Source of the DNA: an uncultured bacterium
Lineage (GTDB): Bacteria; CSSED10-310; CAZUFC01
Length of the DNA stretch: 64,000 nucleotides
Assembly (NCBI GenBank): GCA_964619725.1
Contig: CAZUFC010000010.1
Location: 6,277 to 70,276, forward strand
Reading direction: 5' to 3'
The position numbers and the translations under genes were made by a program. Shown in pieces: positions 57,974 through 64,000 of this stretch (within the stretch, counting starts at the first letter, position 1; each line of letters opens with the position of its first letter). Under the pieces are notes generated by a model. That model was not told the origin of the DNA, did no database searches, and saw only the letters and a program-made list of their open reading frames with translations.

Positions 57974-59653
57974 TTATCCCGGATATTGCCTGCGAGATTC
58001 GTCCAGTTTATGGAAACCCTTCAACAAAAGCATGTCGTTTGGCGTGAATATATTTTTGACCGGCGGCGGAACATTGGGATGTATTGTGAATTCGCCGTCT
58101 TCCCAGTTCATTATGTGATAAAATGCTTCTTCGCCGTCCAGGTCTCCATAAGCAGCGCTGACTATCTGGCCGTCTTCCAGGTAAATTTTGGCGTTTTCGC
58201 TGTCCCGGGAAAGTTCCACCATCGCCGACCTGTTGCCGGCTCCCAATACCTGAATTATTTCCAGCAGTCCCATTTCCAGCAGAGACCCCGTTACGCCCCT
58301 GCGTTCCCTAAGAGTCAAACCCTGTTCCGGCGCGCTTCTCAGCAGTATTCTTTGCAATTTTAAAACCAGCACATCCAGGTTGTAGGGTTTGAGGATATAA
58401 TCCTCGGCACCTGTCCTTAAGGCTCTGGCTATGTAAGAGGAGTCATTCTTGGCCGACAGGAATACGAAAGGTATTCCTCTCGTTTCCTTGCTCTTTTTCA
58501 GATACTCCAGGAATTGAAATCCATCCATTTCGGAATAATCAACTTCAGAAATAATGAGGTCCGGGTTCTTCTCTTTAATAAAATCCAGCGCCTGTTTCAC
58601 ATCCGACGAAGCGATAACGCGGTATCCCTCATCCCTCAATCTCAATTTCAACAAGTCATCTTTGCTTGATTCGTCCACAATAAGTATCTGTTCTTTCGAT
58701 TCACTGCGATCATCTCTCATCAACTCCTGTTTTAATATTTCCAGAAAAGCCTTGACTATTTCCGGATCGAACGCGCTGCCGGCATTCATCTGTAACTGAG
58801 CCATCGCATTGACGCGCTTTAACGGCTTCCGGTTCCTGGCGCCCCTGATCATATGCACATAAACGTCCGCCACTGATATGATTCGTGATCCGACAGGTAT
58901 TTCCTTTTCTTTCAATCCGTCGGGGTATCCCTTACCGTCATACCGTTCCCTCAATCGATGAATTATAGTTCTGATCTCTTCCTCATGCAGAAGCGTTTTA
59001 TAAAAATCCTGCTGATTGATCGGAATGGCTTGCTTAGAACTTGTTGAACCGATCTCCTCCATTTTTCTTAAAAAATCACCGGCCAATCTGGGTAAATCAT
59101 GAAAATATCCCGCTATTTTGATCGTTTCGCAATCCTTTGACGACAGACTAAGTTTGTCTGCTAATTTCCCGGAATACTCGCCAATAAGTCTCGAATGTCC
59201 CACGTTAGGCGCTGACACCGATTCCAGAAGTGAAATCATCAGACTTAAACTCTCCGAATAAACCATATGAATTTTCTGATAATCCTCATCAGCCTTATGG
59301 GAAAGTATGGCTGAACCGAAGTCTTTTATTATTCTCAAATCGATAGAAACGCCTGACTTGTCGATCTGATCCTTCAAAATAAGTCCGTCAGCCGTCATTC
59401 CTTCACTGATGATCAATACGTCGTAGTCCCCCGTACTGCACAATTCCATCGCCTGCTCTTTGTCCTGAACCACCGTGACTTTATAACCTTCATTATTCAA
59501 TACCGTATGAACGGCATCCCCTATAACTTTGTTTCGCTCCAGTATGATAACCTTCTGATAATGCTGGAGTATGAAATCCGTCATTTTGAGGGGAAAGGCA
59601 TCCTCGTCATCATAAATTTCCTGGTGTTCTTTTTTTTCTTCTGAAGGTTCCAT
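57974..59653 (-). CDS. REC - HD-GYP - REC - DUF4388(PATAN) signalling protein
   Basis: GHS..FHD..ERYDGKGYPDGL..IPVGSRIISVAD..FDP; second REC with DYILKP; GVTGSL..LLEIIQVL..G.I..A..GEEAFY..W..GEF. Confidence 0.85.
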   Translation of the reverse strand: MEPSEEKKEHQEIYDDEDAFPLKMTDFILQHYQKVIILERNKVIGDAVHTVLNNEGYKVTVVQDKEQAMELCSTGDYDVLIISEGMTADGLILKDQIDKSGVSIDLRIIKDFGSAILSHKADEDYQKIHMVYSESLSLMISLLESVSAPNVGHSRLIGEYSGKLADKLSLSSKDCETIKIAGYFHDLPRLAGDFLRKMEEIGSTSSKQAIPINQQDFYKTLLHEEEIRTIIHRLRERYDGKGYPDGLKEKEIPVGSRIISVADVYVHMIRGARNRKPLKRVNAMAQLQMNAGSAFDPEIVKAFLEILKQELMRDDRSESKEQILIVDESSKDDLLKLRLRDEGYRVIASSDVKQALDFIKEKNPDLIISEVDYSEMDGFQFLEYLKKSKETRGIPFVFLSAKNDSSYIARALRTGAEDYILKPYNLDVLVLKLQRILLRSAPEQGLTLRERRGVTGSLLEMGLLEIIQVLGAGNRSAMVELSRDSENAKIYLEDGQIVSAAYGDLDGEEAFYHIMNWEDGEFTIHPNVPPPVKNIFTPNDMLLLKGFHKLDESRRQYPG

Positions 59654-59733
59654 TGAATCATATCCTGAAATTCTTATTCAAAAAACATCGCCCTTCATTC
59701 ATTTTATATCGTATAACCGAAAAAACAGCAAAT

Positions 59734-59760
59734 AAAAAGAATCCCCGCCAGAGGCGGGGA
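59734..59760 (-). terminator. Terminator downstream of carD
   Basis: TCCCCGCC/GGCGGGGA stem followed by T-rich tract on the minus strand. Confidence 0.65.
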
Positions 59761-59796
59761 AACTTCAACCCAACCTGAATGAAATGTCAATAAGAT

Positions 59797-60324
59797 TTAA
59801 TGAGTTGCGACCAAATCCTTAATGGGGATATAGGTATTGGCCCGGTCTCCCGAAAGCAACCCGTTTACCCAATCTTCAACTTCTCTCTCTTTAGCGGAAA
59901 TTGCATATGCAATTTCACTGATTATTAAACTCCTGGCATTTTCCATCATCCTGGTTTCTTTTATCGCCAAATTCTTACGCCGGTTCAATGCCGCCAGGTC
60001 CCGGACGACCTCAGCCGCCTGAAAGATGGAGCCGCTTTTCAATTTCTCAATGTTATCACCGTAACGATGATGCCATTGAGTATGCTTCGCATCTGCAGGT
60101 TGACTCAATATCCTGAATACTTTCTCTACATCCTTTTCACGGATTACCGATCTCAAACCTATTTTTTCTTCATTTTTCGTCGGTACCATCACAGAAAGAT
60201 TTTTCTTCAAAATCTTCAAAATATAAAAATCTTCTTCTTGCCCTCCGATTTTTTTCGATTCAATCGAATCGATTTGAGCAAGGCCGTGAGCAGGATAAAC
60301 AACCGAATCGCCGACTTTAAACAA
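59797..60324 (-). CDS. carD: CarD/CdnL-family RNAP-binding regulator
   Basis: FKVGDSVVYPAHG, VMVP, GLR, W..RY, AEVVRDL, LIISEIA. Confidence 0.93.
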   Translation of the reverse strand: MFKVGDSVVYPAHGLAQIDSIESKKIGGQEEDFYILKILKKNLSVMVPTKNEEKIGLRSVIREKDVEKVFRILSQPADAKHTQWHHRYGDNIEKLKSGSIFQAAEVVRDLAALNRRKNLAIKETRMMENARSLIISEIAYAISAKEREVEDWVNGLLSGDRANTYIPIKDLVATH

Positions 60325-60372
60325 TTTCCATCACCTTCCTTTAGGTTAGCAGGCAAATTGCACTTTCATTAA

Positions 60373-60388
60373 AGCAACAATCGTGCCG
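60373..60388 (-). promoter_or_regulatory. sigma54 promoter upstream of carD
   Basis: Minus strand CGGCACGATTGTTGCT (GG-N10-GC); palindrome ATGCAATTTTTGCAT ~110 bp further upstream could be an activator site. Confidence 0.62.
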
Positions 60389-60549
60389 AAGTAAAAGCAA
60401 TTCCGTTTTATTTTTTTTTGCATTTTGTTTCTAATAAGTTACGGTAGTGTGTTAATTTTTTTCGCGCAATTTTTTGAACATCAGGACTCACAAACCATGC
60501 AATTTTTGCATTTTGTCTGGATGAACGCTTCATAAAATTTATCGCAATT

Positions 60550-61392
60550 TCATGCAAAATTGCGAAGCCGTTCTATACGCTCTTCAATGGGCGGATGTGT
60601 TGAAAACAATTTAAGCAAATTTTTATTGACAGCCGGTTTCACGATGAACAGGTGTGAAGTAGCCGGGTTTGCCTTTATTTGTTTATGTTCCGAGGCTCTT
60701 TGCAATTTTTGCAAAGCGTTGATTAACCCGTAAGGGTTTCCAGTAATTAAAGCGGATTCTTTATCAGCCGAGAACTCGTTTGCTCTTGAGATGGCCATCT
60801 GTACGATAAGAGCGGCAACAGGTGCAATAATTGCCATAGCCAGTGTTCCAATTAACCCTCCGTCCCGTTCGTCGTTGCCGGCGAAACCTCCAAAAATAGC
60901 GGCGAACTGTGCCCATCGAGCGAGCATCATAACGGCTCCGGCGATAGTAGCGGCCATAGCGCCGACAAGGAGGTCCCTGTGTTTGACGTGGGCTAATTCA
61001 TGAGCGAGGACGCCTTCGAGTTCGTTACGGTCGAGCAAGCTGAGCAGTCCATGCGTAACGGCGACGACGGCTTTTTGGGGATTTCTTCCAGTAGCGAAGG
61101 CATTGGGACCATCAGATGGAATAAGATAAACTTTTGGTTTTGGGATACCTGCTTTTTTGGCCAGGTTTTCGACCAAAGAGTGAACTGCGGGAGCTTGAGT
61201 TTCCGTAAGAGGTTGAGCTCTGTAGATTTTCAGCACTGCTTTATCGGAGAACCAATAAGCGCTGAAATTCATAACCATTGCGAAACAAAAAGCGACGATC
61301 ATTCCTGATCGTCCTCCGATCATGCTGCCTGCAAAAATAAAAAGCCCTGTCAGGGCAGTGAGCAGGAAAGTCACCTTGAATAAGCTCTTCAT
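60550..61392 (-). CDS. htpX: Zinc metalloprotease HtpX
   Basis: YWFSDK, PNAFATGRNP, AHELAH, QMAISR.NEF.AD, LFSTHPP; start taken at MKSLFK. Confidence 0.95.
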   Translation of the reverse strand: MKSLFKVTFLLTALTGLFIFAGSMIGGRSGMIVAFCFAMVMNFSAYWFSDKAVLKIYRAQPLTETQAPAVHSLVENLAKKAGIPKPKVYLIPSDGPNAFATGRNPQKAVVAVTHGLLSLLDRNELEGVLAHELAHVKHRDLLVGAMAATIAGAVMMLARWAQFAAIFGGFAGNDERDGGLIGTLAMAIIAPVAALIVQMAISRANEFSADKESALITGNPYGLINALQKLQRASEHKQIKANPATSHLFIVKPAVNKNLLKLFSTHPPIEERIERLRNFA

Positions 61393-61587
61393 TACCGCAA
61401 TAAAACCTCCTTTGAAAATGTTCGGCAAGAGCAAAGGATTTTCTCACTTGTTACTATAATCATTTTCCTCCTCATCGTCAAGTTTTGACGGGGTTGACTT
61501 ATGGTCCGGCTGCTGATAAAAACGGCTGCTGTGCCTATGAGGCAATGCCTGGAAGCGTCGATTTTTTTTAAATAAAAGAGGCGAAAA

Positions 61588-62130
61588 ATGCTGAAAAGAG
61601 TCACAATTTTGTTAAGGAAGCGGACAACGATTCAGGTATTAAAATTTTCGCTGATCGGAGTATGGAATACGCTTCTTGATCTGGGATTGCTGAATTTATT
61701 ATGTTTTCTGACGGGGATATACAAGGGGACCTGGGTATTCATATTGAATTCAATATCTTACAGCATTGCTTCTGCGAACAGTTATATTTTAAACAAGTTC
61801 TGGACATTCGAAGACCGTGCATCCAAACGTGAAGCCGTGAAATTTTCCAAATTCATGGTCGTGAACGTTATAGGACTGCTTTTAAACTCAACGGTAGTCT
61901 GGTCCTTGACCTATCTGATAGCGGCTCCTTTCGAAGTCCTGTTCGGTCCGGGGCTGATGCTGAATTCAGCAGTCATCTGGTCGCTTTCTTTTTATATGGA
62001 GGCGCCCTTCGGCATTCCTCCGGAGCTATGGTTGAATTTTTCAAAAATAACGGCGACTTTCGTAGTATTGGTATGGAATTTTGTAGGCTATAAATTCCTG
62101 GTTTTTCGCAAGCCGAAGGATAGTAAATAA
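61588..62130 (+). CDS. GtrA-family protein with an internal 26-aa duplication
   Basis: KFSLIGVWNTLLD, NSYILNKFWTF, WNFVGYKFLVF. Confidence 0.88.
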   Translation: MLKRVTILLRKRTTIQVLKFSLIGVWNTLLDLGLLNLLCFLTGIYKGTWVFILNSISYSIASANSYILNKFWTFEDRASKREAVKFSKFMVVNVIGLLLNSTVVWSLTYLIAAPFEVLFGPGLMLNSAVIWSLSFYMEAPFGIPPELWLNFSKITATFVVLVWNFVGYKFLVFRKPKDSK

Positions 62131-62303
62131 ATCCGGTCATTGTTTAAAAAGACCTTTACACGGGATATTCATCGGCGCTCTGTCCGGCGGCTGCCCATGA
62201 AACCGTTTGCCGATCTGACTGTTATAAGAGAGGAAGAAGCGGTTCGCAAGGATGGCAATCCAGCTTGGTCAGCGCCGGAATGCGCAAATCCGACGGCTGG
62301 GAG

Positions 62304-62335
62304 AAAAAAAGACCGGCGAGAAGTATCGCCGGTCT
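62304..62335 (-). terminator. Terminator hairpin after the C1A peptidase gene
   Basis: AGACCGGCGA/TCGCCGGTCT stem with T-run on the minus strand. Confidence 0.65.
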
Positions 62336-62373
62336 GAGGTGAATTTTTCCGAGAAGGACAATTCAAGTATGTA

Positions 62374-64000
62374 TCAATTTGCGAGGAAGAATCGTTCCAC
62401 GGTGAAGTTGCTTAAGGTTTCGTAGGTGTCGGGTTTGGCGGCGATAGACATGAATTGATAGGGACCGCCGGAATCGAATGAAGCGGGCAGATCAAATTCA
62501 AGCAGGCTAATGGTCATTTCCTGTTCAGCGTTCAAGAAGATATTGAGATTGTTGATATCAGTAGTCCATGCGGGGTGCCAGAAGTAAATGCCGCAGACTT
62601 CGAGGGCCACGTAAATATCGACATGATGGCTTGAGGGGCCGTTGTCTATGCCCAGTGATAAACGGAAATGGTCTCCCGGATGGAATACGGACTTGTTCAG
62701 ATTGAGGTTCAGAACGAGATAAGCGGGGAGCGGCGAGGCAGTGGGGGTAGGAGAAGGTGTAAAAGTCGGCGTATAAGTATGGAATGGCGGCGCATCAGTA
62801 GGAGTGGCGGTAGGTTCTTCATGTGTGGGTTCGGAAGTGGGAACGGGCGTGTGAGTAAAGGTTGGAGAAGGTGTTTCCGTTACAGGAGTTTCTGTATGGG
62901 TGTATGTGGGATCGGGAGCTGTCGGAGTGGGAACGGGCGTGGGAGTTTCATAAAAGGGTGTGGGAGTCGGCTGGCCGGCGAAAGGCGCTCCGATGAGTGA
63001 GAATTCGTCGATGTTCCATCCGCCGAAATGGATGCCTGCATCTGCAACCAAATCGAATTTGAATTCTACTTCAGGATTATCGTCAGCGATAGATGAAATG
63101 GAGATATCATGCAATGTCCAGTCAGTATCGATGTGATCGGTGTCGTGGTCATTCTGCCAGACGAGCTGGTCGTTTACGAAGATACGAGCCATATCGTACA
63201 TGCTCTTCTCAACCGTAAGCCATCTTCGATAGTTCAATCGAACGTTATGGAAACCTGTACAGTCGATAATCGGCGATATAAGAACATTGAACGCATTGGC
63301 TTTATAATTGCCGTCCCAGCCCTGGAAACCCAGGTCATTGCCCCATATGCAGTCGCCGTTGAAAGCGGAGAGAGGGTCGTATGAACTTGTGCCCACAGGC
63401 GTACCCCTCTGCCAGTCATCTTGAGTTTCTATCTGGAAGTGTGTCCAGCCATTGTCGCCGTCTTCGAATCCATCCTGGAAAATGATTGCGGTTTCTCCCA
63501 CATATAAACCGAATTCGCTTTCATGTTGCCCGAAATCGGACGAAATAACGATCGTCAACGGCAAATAAGCTCCCTCCTCCATATCCGCTGGAATTACTAT
63601 AGAAAAATGAGGATCAACCGAATCTCTGGTTTCATCCGGGGGAATATCGGGAAAATCAGCTTCGGGATCGGTTATCTGAAGGCCCGACATTTCGGAGGAA
63701 ATAACTCCTGTTACCCCTGTAGCCGTTTCCGAACCATTGTTTACAAGCGACAATGACAGATAGACAGTTTCTCCGGGATCGGGATAACCGTCCCCATCAC
63801 CCTCGGAGTCATCGGCTTCGTGACTTTCGTAAGCGAGGTTCACCGGATTGCTGGGCGTATAATAGTACTGTATGGACCCGTATCCGATGTTGCAGGATCC
63901 ATATTTAATATAAGCGAAGCCATTGTCTCCCCAACCGGGTCCCCAACTGTTTTTAATTATCCAAGCGCCTGTCCCGCATACGTCGTCATCCCAACCGACT
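62374..64000 (-). CDS. Multidomain papain-family (C1A) cysteine peptidase, 5' end off the window
   Basis: The frame stays open upstream of the track's GTG and reads VGWDDDVCGTGAWIIKNSWGPGWGDNGFAYIKYG. Then an Ig-like domain (PGETV.L...L.N.G), a jelly-roll domain (FEDG..GW..GWNIDE), a PT linker and the shared CTD. Confidence 0.88.
   Translation of the reverse strand, partial: VGWDDDVCGTGAWIIKNSWGPGWGDNGFAYIKYGSCNIGYGSIQYYYTPSNPVNLAYESHEADDSEGDGDGYPDPGETVYLSLSLVNNGSETATGVTGVISSEMSGLQITDPEADFPDIPPDETRDSVDPHFSIVIPADMEEGAYLPLTIVISSDFGQHESEFGLYVGETAIIFQDGFEDGDNGWTHFQIETQDDWQRGTPVGTSSYDPLSAFNGDCIWGNDLGFQGWDGNYKANAFNVLISPIIDCTGFHNVRLNYRRWLTVEKSMYDMARIFVNDQLVWQNDHDTDHIDTDWTLHDISISSIADDNPEVEFKFDLVADAGIHFGGWNIDEFSLIGAPFAGQPTPTPFYETPTPVPTPTAPDPTYTHTETPVTETPSPTFTHTPVPTSEPTHEEPTATPTDAPPFHTYTPTFTPSPTPTASPLPAYLVLNLNLNKSVFHPGDHFRLSLGIDNGPSSHHVDIYVALEVCGIYFWHPAWTTDINNLNIFLNAEQEMTISLLEFDLPASFDSGGPYQFMSIAAKPDTYETLSNFTVERFFLAN

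Noticed and set aside
62131-62303. Possible ncRNA or small ORFs between gtrA and the peptidase
   Set aside because: No recognisable RNA family or RBS-supported ORF.

Overview
Bacterial chromosomal window. The left ~12.8 kb is accessory. It holds the 5' part of a type III-A CRISPR-Cas operon (cas6-cas10-csm2, running off the left edge), an apparently frameshifted 'XPB-N/helicase-associated + WYL' gene, an 11-repeat CRISPR array transcribed divergently, and a dense nest of small non-coding mobile repeats (IS1595-like MITEs, REP-like hairpins, 9-bp microsatellites). The rest is mostly core or envelope genes: a xanthine-dehydrogenase-family operon, two PilT/PilU pairs (one fused to HEAT repeats), a Ser/Thr kinase-AAA-TPR gene followed by two unknown paralogues, lysS, trmFO, gap, tpiA, secG, tRNA-Leu(GAG), comEA/comEC, an ECF sigma cassette, udg, priA, carD, htpX and gtrA. 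Several secreted proteins carry Pro/Thr linkers, and two of them end in the same C-terminal domain, which I cannot name. Best candidates for undescribed biology: (i) the helicase-associated/WYL gene between the array and cas6, (ii) the kinase-NTPase-TPR plus twin small-protein module, (iii) the shared C-terminal putative sorting domain, (iv) the HEAT-PilT module. All calls come from reading motifs by eye; no searches were run.
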